A stretch of DNA of 64,000 nt. It comes from a virus. Numbering within the stretch: position 1 is the stretch's first letter; every line of letters starts with the position of its first letter. A model generated the notes under the pieces. The model was not told the DNA's origin, made no database searches, and saw only the letters and a program-made list of their open reading frames with translations. The stretch covers positions 17,768 through 81,767 of the IMG/VR virus record IMGVR_UViG_3300033145_001320; one strand, 5' to 3'. Shown piece by piece: positions 38,115 through 48,336 of the stretch. Both the position numbers and the translations under genes were made by a program.

Positions 38115-41100
38115 TTATCTCCTACGTTTTTTAGTTTCAACCAATGTTCCTGTAAGGACTTTTTCAAGAATACTTGGGTCACCACCATCATCTGTAATGA
38201 GTCCAGTTTTTATAGCTTCGTTTACATTTTCGAATGCCAGTCCCTGGATAAAACTTGTTTTGAATACAATTTGTTTTATGTTAATCATTGTGGGATCCCA
38301 TTTCTGTCCAAGTCTTGCTGGAATGCTTTGATTCTTTTTATCTCTCAATGCTTGTGATAATAAGACTTCAAGGTGTACAGAATCCATATTTCTCAATGTT
38401 CCATAAACAGCAAACAGTTTTAAGAATAAATGATTTGCATCTTTATAGATTTCTCGACCACCTAATAAACGTCTTACATATTGAATTTGTGCTTTTGTAT
38501 CGTCAGTCTGTATTGGTATTTCTAATACAGTACTATTTGCTTCATATGATATCTTTGTAAATTCTTTTCCTACTTTTTCATCATTATATGTTTTTAGAAT
38601 GGCTGGATAATCTAATATAATATTAAAAATAGAATCATCATATTCAACCTTACATACTAATGCTTTAACAATAATTTCATTATCAATTTCATTATAAACT
38701 AAATCATCAGGTAAAGGATAATCTTCTTTATTTAAAGTCAGTACCATAGGACGTTTTGTAAATAATTCAGTATTATTCTGACCCAAATTTTTCATGATAT
38801 TTTCTTTTGTGGTTAATGGATCGTTTTGAATAATGTCATATCTGATATCTCTATCTTTAATCTTTACTGCTCCACCTGTATGGAATGATTTCATGATTGT
38901 TTGTGTACCTGCTTCTCCAACAAGCTGTGCTGCTAAAACTCCAACGTAAGGACTTTTGTGTCGTTTTAATAAATCACCATAACAAGTATGACATAATTTA
39001 GTAGACTCACATAATATAGGACTTCTTAAATTAACAACATCTCCAACTTTTGTTTTACCTGGATCAAATCTTTCAACAGAATTTCCATTTAGGATATATC
39101 TACCTGTGAATATTCCTTTCATTTCTTTTGTCATTCTGAAACTCAAATGACGTTTTGTTTTGCAATCTTTTAAACTCCTATCAATTTCAACAGTATTTAA
39201 AACATATGCAAGCTGGCGTGACATATAACCTGTATCAGCAGTATTTAAAACACGATCAATTATACCTTTTCTTGAACCAGATGCTGCTGTAAAATATTCT
39301 TTATTTGTTAGACCATCTGCAAACGAACCTTTAATTGCAGGAAGCACTTTTCCAGTTGGATCAGCAATCAATCCTTTTGCAACTAAAATTTGCATTGGTT
39401 GAGTCCATCCTTTTCCAGATCCAGATTGGACCAGATCATATAGTCCTGTACCCTTTAAATGTTCAACTAATAATTTTTCCATCTCTTCTAACAATACGGC
39501 AGCTTCTTCTGTTGTTGCACCATCTAACTTTTTCTTTAATTGTAGAATTGATGTTGGTAATTGAATATCATCTAATGTTATACTTGGTGAAGAAATTGTT
39601 GCAAATTTAAAACCTATTGTTTTCAATGCTGAGAATGTATTGATTGCTTGTTCACGCCCATACATTTCAAGAATTACAGGAATAAGACCATTTACAATTT
39701 TGCTATTAACTTCTTGATCAATAAAAGGATACGATAGTGGGAATGTACTATTGAATATTGCTTTTCCCATAGTTGTAGTTTTCCCACGATATTTAACAGG
39801 GATATATGGATCAGATGCATTTTGTAAATCTGTATTAGTAACAGAAATGGGTGGTGCTGTTCTTTTGACATTTTTTGTGATTGTATATAAACCAACACAC
39901 ATTTCTTTTGACAACTCAAATGTTACGGCAGTGGCAGAGTCTCCACTTTCTCCATTCATCATTTTACTTATAACTTCAGCTTGTGCTTCAGTTGTTATAG
40001 GATGATAAATTGCCATTGTGTCTCCATCAAAATCAGCATTGAATCCGCCTACTTGGAGAGTACATAATCGTACTGTATTTCCATCAACTAAAATTGGTTT
40101 GAATCCACGAACAGATTCAGGTCGAAGTGCAGGATCACGTTTTGCTAATACACTACGATTCATCATTGCTACTTCTGCCGCATCCCATATAATTTTATAT
40201 AACTCTGGTGGAAGAACATCTCCACTTCCTACAGCTTTAAATACAGATTTAATACTATCAATTGATAATTCTAATTCTGTATGCTTTGTTACAGCTGCTG
40301 CTAATTTTGCTTGATCTACTTGACCAGAATAAAACAACCGATGAATAATAAAAGGTTCAAACAAACTTATTGCTAACCTTAACGGGATACCAATCTCATT
40401 TACTTTTAAGTCTGGACCAGGCGTAATAACAGCGCGACCAGAAAAGTCTGTACGTTTGGCTAATAGACTTGAACGAATCAACCCATTCTTCTTTTGAATT
40501 AATTTACGAATGAATCCATCATGGGCAATTACTGCCTTTTGAAGTTCATAATTTAAAAGATCGAATAAAGGTCCTGATTTAGATGCACTCTTAATTTGAT
40601 ATGCTCGTCTAATTAAAGAAATGTAATGATCATTTATTGGATCGTATATCCACATTCCTTTCTCATCCTGATATGCATCACGTTGTTCGGGTGGAATGAC
40701 AGGAACTGTATCAATAAATAGATTGTTTTCTTTTATAGATTGTTTTATCTTTTTAATGAATTTATCTCTAGTTTCTGTCCCGCCTCTAAATTTTATCTTT
40801 GGTAGAATCTTAATAAACTCTGAAATGCCTGTTACTCCATCAGGGTCAGTAATCAATAATCCTTGTGAATTAACTTTATATGTTTCCTCAGTTGATAGGA
40901 ATTTTTCAATCTTTCTATCTAGCTGAAGTAATAACATATATGCTGATGGATGAATAACTAATGCATTTAGTTTAATATATGAAAATGTCTTTTTACGATC
41001 TGTAGACTCTTCTGGACCAAAAATAATTTCTGAAAACAACCCCTCAGGATGCCATTCGCCTGGCTTTGAGAAAAACTCTGTTGTAGTAACAGGAGTAAGT

Positions 41101-41138
41101 CCTTGTTTGAACTTTTTGATATCCAAAAATTGTATCAT
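38115..41138 (-). CDS. Phage multisubunit RNA polymerase beta'-like subunit
   Basis: KRTDFSGRAVI, RDPAL, catalytic NADFDGD, TADTGYMSRQL, GEAGTQTIMKSFHTGG. Confidence 0.96.
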   Translation of the reverse strand: MIQFLDIKKFKQGLTPVTTTEFFSKPGEWHPEGLFSEIIFGPEESTDRKKTFSYIKLNALVIHPSAYMLLLQLDRKIEKFLSTEETYKVNSQGLLITDPDGVTGISEFIKILPKIKFRGGTETRDKFIKKIKQSIKENNLFIDTVPVIPPEQRDAYQDEKGMWIYDPINDHYISLIRRAYQIKSASKSGPLFDLLNYELQKAVIAHDGFIRKLIQKKNGLIRSSLLAKRTDFSGRAVITPGPDLKVNEIGIPLRLAISLFEPFIIHRLFYSGQVDQAKLAAAVTKHTELELSIDSIKSVFKAVGSGDVLPPELYKIIWDAAEVAMMNRSVLAKRDPALRPESVRGFKPILVDGNTVRLCTLQVGGFNADFDGDTMAIYHPITTEAQAEVISKMMNGESGDSATAVTFELSKEMCVGLYTITKNVKRTAPPISVTNTDLQNASDPYIPVKYRGKTTTMGKAIFNSTFPLSYPFIDQEVNSKIVNGLIPVILEMYGREQAINTFSALKTIGFKFATISSPSITLDDIQLPTSILQLKKKLDGATTEEAAVLLEEMEKLLVEHLKGTGLYDLVQSGSGKGWTQPMQILVAKGLIADPTGKVLPAIKGSFADGLTNKEYFTAASGSRKGIIDRVLNTADTGYMSRQLAYVLNTVEIDRSLKDCKTKRHLSFRMTKEMKGIFTGRYILNGNSVERFDPGKTKVGDVVNLRSPILCESTKLCHTCYGDLLKRHKSPYVGVLAAQLVGEAGTQTIMKSFHTGGAVKIKDRDIRYDIIQNDPLTTKENIMKNLGQNNTELFTKRPMVLTLNKEDYPLPDDLVYNEIDNEIIVKALVCKVEYDDSIFNIILDYPAILKTYNDEKVGKEFTKISYEANSTVLEIPIQTDDTKAQIQYVRRLLGGREIYKDANHLFLKLFAVYGTLRNMDSVHLEVLLSQALRDKKNQSIPARLGQKWDPTMINIKQIVFKTSFIQGLAFENVNEAIKTGLITDDGGDPSILEKVLTGTLVETKKRRR

Positions 41139-41141
41139 TCT

Positions 41142-41603
41142 TTAGTCACCCATTGCTTTCGTTTTATTCATGTCCAAATGTTGTTTAATATTTTTGAACA
41201 TTCTTGTTACTTTAGCTTTCTTAGCTCCCATACTCATGGGTTTCGGTACAGTTTTTGATAAAATGCTATTTCTATGATTCAATTGATTCAATACTTTTTG
41301 AATATCATTTATATCGAACATATCGCTTTTCTCAGCCATAAGTTTCTGAACCATTTTAAGTGCAATTGCAATAACTTTCGGATCTTCAAAACCTGCTCTA
41401 TTACATAACGGTAGTAGATACGGTGAAGTATCACGACCAATAGGTAACAGTTTTAAGAAACATTTTGGCTTCTCGCCATACAAACGATCTCTTATATCTT
41501 TCTTCTGAAGATATGCTACAGAATCTTCTGGATTAATTAATTCATTCGCTTTTCTAATTAATTCAGATAAATGCTGAATATCTTGTTTTATATCATCTCT
41601 CAT
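41142..41603 (-). CDS. Hypothetical protein
   Basis: 153-aa ORF with GGAGG RBS directly upstream of beta'. Confidence 0.7.
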   Translation of the reverse strand: MRDDIKQDIQHLSELIRKANELINPEDSVAYLQKKDIRDRLYGEKPKCFLKLLPIGRDTSPYLLPLCNRAGFEDPKVIAIALKMVQKLMAEKSDMFDINDIQKVLNQLNHRNSILSKTVPKPMSMGAKKAKVTRMFKNIKQHLDMNKTKAMGD

Positions 41604-41667
41604 CTAACAAATCCTCCATTGTGGGTGGATGTATCCTATTTGTTTTTTGTTCTGAATTTATAGATAC

Positions 41668-41700
41668 AAAAAAATAAAATGGGGGACTTACATCCCCCAA
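41668..41700 (-). terminator. Intrinsic terminator
   Basis: TGGGGGA-TGTAAG-TCCCCCA followed by TTTTATTTTTTT. Confidence 0.8.
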
Positions 41701-41705
41701 ATCAT

Positions 41706-43154
41706 TTAAAAATCAGCATTCATTAACTTTGTCATAACTGCAATTTCATCTTCCATCTTATTTGCGAAATATAATGTGAAGAATTGTATCATACTATGTT
41801 CAATCTTTGATAATGGAATACCACCAAGTTTCCTTCCTGAAAGTAAATCACGAAAGTCAACTCTAGATACTCTACCAACATAGTGACAAAGTAATGTATG
41901 TGGAAGAATCTTTACATTAAACCCATAGAAGTCTTGATGTTTATCTGCTGCAGCAATAAATTCATGAACAGACTTAATCTTATATGTAGTTGTTAACGAT
42001 GGACTTCTTGTTGGATAATAATTCAATAATGCAAATAAATCCTTATAATCAGTTGAAAATGCAAGTCTAAATAGATTTTGCATATAAACTGAAATGACAG
42101 CTGAATGTTCAGGTGATAATGTCTTAAAGTGATGATATGGTATTTGCGTCATCTTTGACAATATTGGGTATATCAATGTTTCAGATAATGGTGAAATAAA
42201 TTCGATTTCACTTGCTCTTTCATGAAAGGTTATAATATCTTTATCGCTTTCATCCGGTTTATTATCAACAGTCAATGTTACCTGTTTCTGAAGCAATTCA
42301 TATATCTTCTCATATGCAATGCCTTTCAACCGACCCAATGTATCATTGAAACTATATGTCTTTAAGTTATCTGTATTAATTCCCTGAATATCCTCAGTTG
42401 AAATACTATCATCATAAACAATTGACCCTTTATAAACTGATCGAAGAAACCATTTTACCGATTCATCAATTACCCCAACAAAATATGTAATCGGATTTTT
42501 GTCTTCTTCACACAGGATTAGAATATGATTCATGATAAAGTTAAATATTTCAACAACATGTATTCCGATATCTTTACCTTGAACATTTTTAATATATTCC
42601 CACATAAATCTATCTGTGAGATTGTATCTAAATGTTTTAGTTTTGATAACATCATAAATTTTTCTTACAACATCTGATTCAACAATTTCAGAAGCTAACT
42701 TATTGTAAACTTCACGATGCAAGGTTTGCCCTAACTTTAACTTTTCGTTATTCGATATAGCTGAATATATTTTTAAATAGCACGATAAACGAATAATTGT
42801 TTCAATTTCATCGGGCATAAATAGAATTGAATTTTTCTTAGCTTTAGTTATATCAACAAACTGTGAAAAATCAATTTGTCTATAGTCTAAATATTTATTA
42901 ACATATTCTTTAAGTTTTGGAATATTATCAATAATAGCTTTCGGTCTTAATTCTTCGTCCTCGCAATCAGTCAATAATTTCATAAACCAGTCACTGAACT
43001 CTTCTCCACATAATTCAGCAACGCCCTCTATAAATTTAGTTACAATAAAATATTTATTTGTAACAGAAGAAGATAAGAGCATGAGTTTTATTGGTTCATG
43101 TTTTTCATCAATTACTGTCCATTGTTTCGGACCACCCTGTTCGATTCGTAGCAA
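41706..43154 (-). CDS. Hypothetical protein, 482 aa (possible RNAP specificity subunit)
   Basis: AGGAGG RBS plus TTG start; own promoter motif and terminator; adjacent to RNAP genes. Function is inference only. Confidence 0.7.
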   Translation of the reverse strand: MLRIEQGGPKQWTVIDEKHEPIKLMLLSSSVTNKYFIVTKFIEGVAELCGEEFSDWFMKLLTDCEDEELRPKAIIDNIPKLKEYVNKYLDYRQIDFSQFVDITKAKKNSILFMPDEIETIIRLSCYLKIYSAISNNEKLKLGQTLHREVYNKLASEIVESDVVRKIYDVIKTKTFRYNLTDRFMWEYIKNVQGKDIGIHVVEIFNFIMNHILILCEEDKNPITYFVGVIDESVKWFLRSVYKGSIVYDDSISTEDIQGINTDNLKTYSFNDTLGRLKGIAYEKIYELLQKQVTLTVDNKPDESDKDIITFHERASEIEFISPLSETLIYPILSKMTQIPYHHFKTLSPEHSAVISVYMQNLFRLAFSTDYKDLFALLNYYPTRSPSLTTTYKIKSVHEFIAAADKHQDFYGFNVKILPHTLLCHYVGRVSRVDFRDLLSGRKLGGIPLSKIEHSMIQFFTLYFANKMEDEIAVMTKLMNADF

Positions 43155-43296
43155 AAAATACCTCCTATGGCATGTAGTGAAATAACCCCGACATATAATT
43201 AAATATGCCGAGGTTATTCTAATGGTCTTCCATTGTTGTCAGGGTTGGGGTGATTTCAACAGAAGACCAAAATTATACAGCGAACAATTCCCATCT

Positions 43297-43318
43297 ATTC
43301 AATAATTAATATATATAG
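43297..43318 (-). promoter_or_regulatory. Phage promoter-like motif copy 2
   Basis: attcaataattaatatatatag on the + strand. Confidence 0.7.
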
Positions 43319-43337
43319 TTGAGTATTGTATAATTGA

Positions 43338-44249
43338 TTATTTTTCAATGATATGTTTAAAGGGTTTCATAAAAAGTCTCTTTGATACAACAGTTGTCCC
43401 TGGTTGAGTAACAACATCCTGAGCACATCTATTTGCATGTCTTGCCGCATCCAATTCTTTTACTCCCATTGCAATACATACTGACATAACAGCAACAACT
43501 GTATCCCCTGCACCAGAAACATTATAAATTTCAACTGGTTCCGCAGGGATGCGCCAATAATAATCACCTCCAGATTTAATCAATGTCATTCCATCTTTTC
43601 CCTTTGTTACAAGAAAGAATTGAACATCAGTTAGTATATATGAAGAAGAAACTTGCATAGTATCCCATTCTTTTTCATTTGGGGTCATCATATAAACACC
43701 ATTATACATATAAGCATTAATGGGTTTTGGATCAACAATTATTTTTACATTTTTTGATTTTAAATAAACCATCAAGTCTTCTGTGATCATACCTTTTGCA
43801 TAATCCGAAATGACAATCATATCATAATCATTAATGTTTATACTTTCAAGTCTTTTGATAGCTGATTCAGCTTTAACAGGTCTAATTGTTTCCCGATCTA
43901 TTCTCAACATTTGAACTTGTCTTTGATCTGAAATGATTCTTTCTTTGGCTATTGTTTGATAAGAACCCATTAATATTAGATTGGTATTTACTCCAATGTG
44001 ATTAAGTTCATCCAAAACTTTTTTACCATCACGGTCACCTCCAATTGAAGCTAGGCAATCAACCGTTGCGCCTAGTTCTCTTATGTTTCTTGCAACATTA
44101 CCACACCCTCCAAGAGTATGATATTCCTCAGAAACATTAACAATAGGAACTGGTGCTTCAGGTGAAATTCTTGATACATCTCCAACAACATATTTGTCAA
44201 GCATGATATCGCCAACAACTAAAATTCTAACATCCTCTGGGGTTTTCAT
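43338..44249 (-). CDS. rfaE1: D-glycero-D-manno-heptose-7-phosphate kinase (HldE/RfaE kinase domain, PfkB family)
   Basis: VVGDIMLDKY..GDVSRISPEAPVP, QMLRID, SDYAKG, VDPK, TPNEKE, VSGAGDT. Confidence 0.92.
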   Translation of the reverse strand: MKTPEDVRILVVGDIMLDKYVVGDVSRISPEAPVPIVNVSEEYHTLGGCGNVARNIRELGATVDCLASIGGDRDGKKVLDELNHIGVNTNLILMGSYQTIAKERIISDQRQVQMLRIDRETIRPVKAESAIKRLESININDYDMIVISDYAKGMITEDLMVYLKSKNVKIIVDPKPINAYMYNGVYMMTPNEKEWDTMQVSSSYILTDVQFFLVTKGKDGMTLIKSGGDYYWRIPAEPVEIYNVSGAGDTVVAVMSVCIAMGVKELDAARHANRCAQDVVTQPGTTVVSKRLFMKPFKHIIEK

Positions 44250-44274
44250 ATATCTTAATGCTCCTTTATATTAC

Positions 44275-44310
44275 AAAAAAAGAGTGAGGATAACTATCAT
44301 CCCCACTCTT
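44275..44310 (-). terminator. Intrinsic terminator
   Basis: AAGAGTGGGGAT-loop-ATCCTCACTCTT followed by a T run. Confidence 0.75.
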
Positions 44311-44344
44311 TATTATGTTCTAACTACTGGTAAAATCGACCGGT

Positions 44345-45059
44345 CTATCTGGTCATTTTCTTCTTTACGGGTTGTTCAAGGTCGTAATCAACCAGAGCAA
44401 AACCTTGCAACCAGGGTAGATCTCTTGTTCCAGCTTGGGCACTTGAATATCCCATGCCGCTGGAACTTACATTTGTGTGACCTGCACCATTGACCTGAGC
44501 TTGAGTCGTATTAAGACCAACGCCCCAACCAGATGAGAACACATCACGTACAGCACCCTGAGCTGTGAAATGAATCACGTTGGCGCCTGCTTCTAATGCT
44601 TCCTTAGCAGCTGCGGCCATAACTTCAACCATAGTTGCATTTCGGCCATCGGACTTGGCAGTAACATAACCCGATTTTGATATACCGAGTGTCGCCGTTT
44701 TCTCTGCGGGTCGGTGCATCGTTGTAAGTAAGATCAGCTATTTCAAGTTCGGCCTCAGCATCATCAAAACCCTTGAGTATACTGTCCAAAGCACCATCGC
44801 TAAACCAACATACATACATCAGTATGGTTTCAACGGGCTGGAATCCTTCACTCGGTAATGGTTTGCCGAAGTAGTTAATGGCCGGACCGTATGCAGCACC
44901 ACCGGGAATCGGGGCGGCAATACTTGTATTGTAAGAGTTAATGGGACCCTGAGTTATATCAGCATCAGACACAGCATCAGCGTCACTATCAGCCATGGCC
45001 GGGATTGCAAACAGAATGAACATTGCTGCAATTACACTTACGAAAATATTTTTCATCAT
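44345..45059 (-). CDS. Secreted protein split by an apparent frameshift near 44675
   Basis: Signal peptide (AIPAMA-D); frame 1 ...RYIKI continues plausibly as GYVTAKSDGRNATMVEV... in the overlapping ORF. Confidence 0.6.
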
Positions 45060-45099
45060 TATTTTTTGAACTCCTGTATTTAGGTGTTTATATTTTAAA

Positions 45100-45133
45100 G
45101 AATGTGACAGATAAATATTTATCTGTCACATTC
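45100..45133. repeat. 34-bp perfect palindrome
   Basis: gaatgtgacagataaat|atttatctgtcacattc. Confidence 0.85.
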
Positions 45134-45157
45134 AACATAAGTCAATCAAATCTGATA

Positions 45158-46075
45158 TTACCTGGGGTCACCTATTGACCCGTTAACTGTTGCTTGTGAA
45201 GAACCATGAACAGATATTACAGTCATGTTACCGGTCGTAGATATATTCCCATTTAGAGAAGCATTACCAGAACCTGAAACTCCACCGTTATAAGAGAAAG
45301 TGGTGGTACCGCCGGCAAAGCTATTTCCATTAGTAATTATACCACTGACCATACCAGAACCGGACACATTTGAAGCTACCAGATTCTTAGCATTTGTAGT
45401 AACACTATTTTGAGCATAACCGGAGATGCTTACACCCGGATTGATTGTAACAATGCTACTACCTTGGGTAGAAATTCCACCACTCAAACAATCAGCGCCG
45501 ATTGCAAGACCGCGTCCAGAAGCATAGTCACTACTTTCGTTCATGAAATAACCATTACTCATTTGCTGGGCACCGATACCACTTCCATTAGGGTATCCAA
45601 TTTCGTTGACCCAGGTTTCCTGAGCAACGTTCCCACTAACACTGAGGTTAGTAACTACGGTTTCACGATCTCCACACAATCCAAGAGCAAGGCCGCCACC
45701 AATAATATGGCCATTGGTTGCTGCACTCGCTTCCGCTGCTGATGTATAACCGGAATCATTTACATCTGTCTTGGCACTGGACTCATCCATTCCTGTGAGA
45801 CCGCCTGTCTCATATGCATATCCGGGAATCGTAAAACACCAAATTTTAATCGGCGCTGCTGAGGCCGATGTGGCAACTGTTCCATATGCAATACCGTTCG
45901 ACGAGGCGATGGCACCATCATTACCTGGGGTTTTACTGGAATAATCGTCAGATGCTGCTCCACCTTCATAAAAACCGGTAACGGTTGCATTACCAGATCC
46001 ACCACCTGCGATTGCCAAACTACCAAAACTGAACATCAGTCCTGCTGCGATTAACGCAATAATTCTTTTCTTCAT
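45158..46075 (-). CDS. Secreted Gly/Ser/Ala/Asn-rich protein
   Basis: Signal peptide MKKRIIALIAAGLMFSFGSLAIA; low-complexity, beta-prone mature region; GC higher than the flanks. Confidence 0.75.
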   Translation of the reverse strand: MKKRIIALIAAGLMFSFGSLAIAGGGSGNATVTGFYEGGAASDDYSSKTPGNDGAIASSNGIAYGTVATSASAAPIKIWCFTIPGYAYETGGLTGMDESSAKTDVNDSGYTSAAEASAATNGHIIGGGLALGLCGDRETVVTNLSVSGNVAQETWVNEIGYPNGSGIGAQQMSNGYFMNESSDYASGRGLAIGADCLSGGISTQGSSIVTINPGVSISGYAQNSVTTNAKNLVASNVSGSGMVSGIITNGNSFAGGTTTFSYNGGVSGSGNASLNGNISTTGNMTVISVHGSSQATVNGSIGDPR

Positions 46076-46172
46076 TTTAAAACTCCTTGCTATTTAAGGT
46101 TTATGTTTCAATTTGTTATAAGCTTATACTAAATTCCTACTTCCATGCAGACCTCATGATTAGTCTGCGGCA

Positions 46173-46430
46173 TCAGTTCTTTTGACGATCTGATACTTCT
46201 TTGATACGATCCTCTGTTGCCGGAGTAATCGCACCTTCTTCAACTCTATCCTGAATGTTCGTTTCATTATCAGATGTTTCTTTGGGTGGTTCTGCTGTCC
46301 AGAGATAATGGGGACCAAGCAATTCCGGTGATACAATTGTATTTGGAATCGGGGTCTTTTCATCATCTGCAAAAGCAATCCCAGTGATAATAAAGCATAC
46401 AAGCATTAATGCAACAGCGATCTTCTTCAC
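46173..46430 (-). CDS. Small secreted acidic protein
   Basis: AGGAGG RBS, GTG start, signal peptide ending AFA. Confidence 0.7.
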   Translation of the reverse strand: MKKIAVALMLVCFIITGIAFADDEKTPIPNTIVSPELLGPHYLWTAEPPKETSDNETNIQDRVEEGAITPATEDRIKEVSDRQKN

Positions 46431-46447
46431 GATCTCACCTCCTTTCT

Positions 46448-47014
46448 TTAATTGGTTAATCTATAATTGATATTCCCGAAATGCATAATTGGGAAATTAT
46501 CAACTGTAACTAAGTCCACTCCATATTGAATCTTGCCTATATCTTCTTTATGGAATGGAAGGTTAATTATAAACTGTCTGTAAGGCAAATCGCTTATACC
46601 CACAACCTTCCTGTTATATTTTGCATAACTTTCATGTTTCTTCATAGTCGTAATTTTTTCAACAAGTTTATACTCTATACGCTTCGGATTTCTAACTTCA
46701 ATCGTAAGGCATACATGTGAATATTTTTTCATTGAAAATTTATAATCCTTGGTATAAGGAATGAAGGTTGGATGTTGAATAATTGACCCATCTAAATCTT
46801 GTTTCGATTTAAATGTTGCCCAATATGATACTGTTTGAATGTTTAAATCAGATGTGCTCATTAACATATAATGAGGAGTTGGTATTTGTCTTCCGGTTGG
46901 ATCAATTAGTTGAATGTTTTTGACACCGCATCCTGAAAATAACAAGATGCTCAATAATAAGATACCCCAATATTTTAACATTTTACATCCTTTCATTTTT
47001 ATAGGTTGATTCAA
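46448..47014 (-). CDS. Putative lipoprotein
   Basis: ILLLSILLFSGC lipobox; true start probably 46981. Confidence 0.7.
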   Translation of the reverse strand: MNQPIKMKGCKMLKYWGILLLSILLFSGCGVKNIQLIDPTGRQIPTPHYMLMSTSDLNIQTVSYWATFKSKQDLDGSIIQHPTFIPYTKDYKFSMKKYSHVCLTIEVRNPKRIEYKLVEKITTMKKHESYAKYNRKVVGISDLPYRQFIINLPFHKEDIGKIQYGVDLVTVDNFPIMHFGNINYRLTN

Positions 47015-47050
47015 TAGTTATAAAAAATTAACGAAATACCCTTCATTATT

Positions 47051-47072
47051 ATTCACTAATTAATATATATAG
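47051..47072 (-). promoter_or_regulatory. Phage promoter-like motif copy 3
   Basis: attcactaattaatatatatag on the + strand. Confidence 0.7.
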
Positions 47073-47092
47073 ATCTGTATGGATTTAAATGG

Positions 47093-47809
47093 TTACTTAA
47101 AAGATAGTAAAGTTTCTAATGTAATAGTTGAATGGATACTTTTGGATCTGTTTAATTGTTTTGGAATGACTTGTAAATTTTTATGGTGAGCTATTTTATT
47201 TGGAGGGATATTATTCAAAAACCCATCATATATAGAATATATATGATCTAATTCATAATTATATTTATTCCCTCTTAAGTTGAGGTTGTTTATTTTAAAA
47301 AAATATTTTTTTAAAGTTTTGTAAGTTTCTCGATGCACTAATGAAGAATATCGTTTGAATTTTTCAAGTTGTTTAGGATCAACTTTTCTATCAAATTCTT
47401 CACATTTATCTTTACAAATTTCTGAGCAATAGAAATAGCTATTCCCGCTCACTTCATAATTTCGATCAAATCTTCTTAATCTTTCATATAATTGTGATCT
47501 TGTTGGTGTAAAATATTTATCACAGAATTTACATTTTACTTTAATTTGTCCATTTTCAAATTTTGGATTTTCTTCCTTAATAAAGGTTGGGTATTTTTCT
47601 TTATATTCTTCTATTGTGTATATTCTTGATTTGCTTACTGCTTTTGCATTTTTTCTAACTCGTTCATCAGTTTCTTTTGTCAGTCCTTTATTCCATGTAC
47701 TTTTTCCTTTTCTTACTTTTTTAAAATGTTTGCTTCTCTGTTCTCTCAAAAGTTTAGCTTTTTCAGGACCATGAATTTTTTCATATGTTTTTCCTTTTAA
47801 CGATGCCAT
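47093..47809 (-). CDS. HNH-type homing endonuclease
   Basis: WNKGLTKETDER (NUMOD-like), ELDHIYS...NLQVIPKQLNRSK; shares a FTPTxxQxYER...YFYCSxxCKD segment with the 16930 ORF. Confidence 0.75.
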   Translation of the reverse strand: MASLKGKTYEKIHGPEKAKLLREQRSKHFKKVRKGKSTWNKGLTKETDERVRKNAKAVSKSRIYTIEEYKEKYPTFIKEENPKFENGQIKVKCKFCDKYFTPTRSQLYERLRRFDRNYEVSGNSYFYCSEICKDKCEEFDRKVDPKQLEKFKRYSSLVHRETYKTLKKYFFKINNLNLRGNKYNYELDHIYSIYDGFLNNIPPNKIAHHKNLQVIPKQLNRSKSIHSTITLETLLSFK

Positions 47810-48327
47810 TATTTAATTACAAACCTTCTTACTTGTGTAATAAGTCTATCTTTATCAAAAAACTCTCCGGGACAATATACATCTTTATCTGTTGATACTT
47901 CTTTATGAAGTTTAATTTTACTTGGTGTGATGTTAAACATTTTCATCATTGGATTTACTAATCTGTAAGCCATAATTTCATATAATCGTTTTGGTGGGAT
48001 TTTAAAATCATAATTACCTAAAATACTAATATGAATCGCTCTCGAATTTATTTCATCTGGAATTGAATCCCACTCACAAAGATATGGATATGGACGAGTT
48101 GCAATAGCTACGTAATCTTCTTTAATCTTTTCAATAACATAATGATAATTTACATCGCCTTGTTTTAATTCTAATACTCCTTTAAATATTCCAGGCATTT
48201 GATATTTCGGATTGTCAATACGTGCTTCAGGATTCTTATACATTTCTGCCGTATGATGTATGATAATCCACTTGACCGACTGTCGTCTTATCTTTAATAA
48301 AGAAGGTCTTAAAATAATTTTGGCCAT
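47809..48327 (-). CDS. N-acetylmuramoyl-L-alanine amidase (Amidase_2/T7 lysozyme-like)
   Basis: IIIHHTA, YHYVI, ISILGNYD, LHKEV...CPG. Confidence 0.8.
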   Translation of the reverse strand: MAKIILRPSLLKIRRQSVKWIIIHHTAEMYKNPEARIDNPKYQMPGIFKGVLELKQGDVNYHYVIEKIKEDYVAIATRPYPYLCEWDSIPDEINSRAIHISILGNYDFKIPPKRLYEIMAYRLVNPMMKMFNITPSKIKLHKEVSTDKDVYCPGEFFDKDRLITQVRRFVIK

Positions 48328-48336
48328 TGTAACTCC

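Noticed and set aside
34024-41138. Cellular chromosome origin (rpoBC, gyrAB, recA)
   Set aside because: Genes are highly divergent, there is no ribosomal protein context, coding is single-stranded, and baseplate/PAAR genes indicate a large phage
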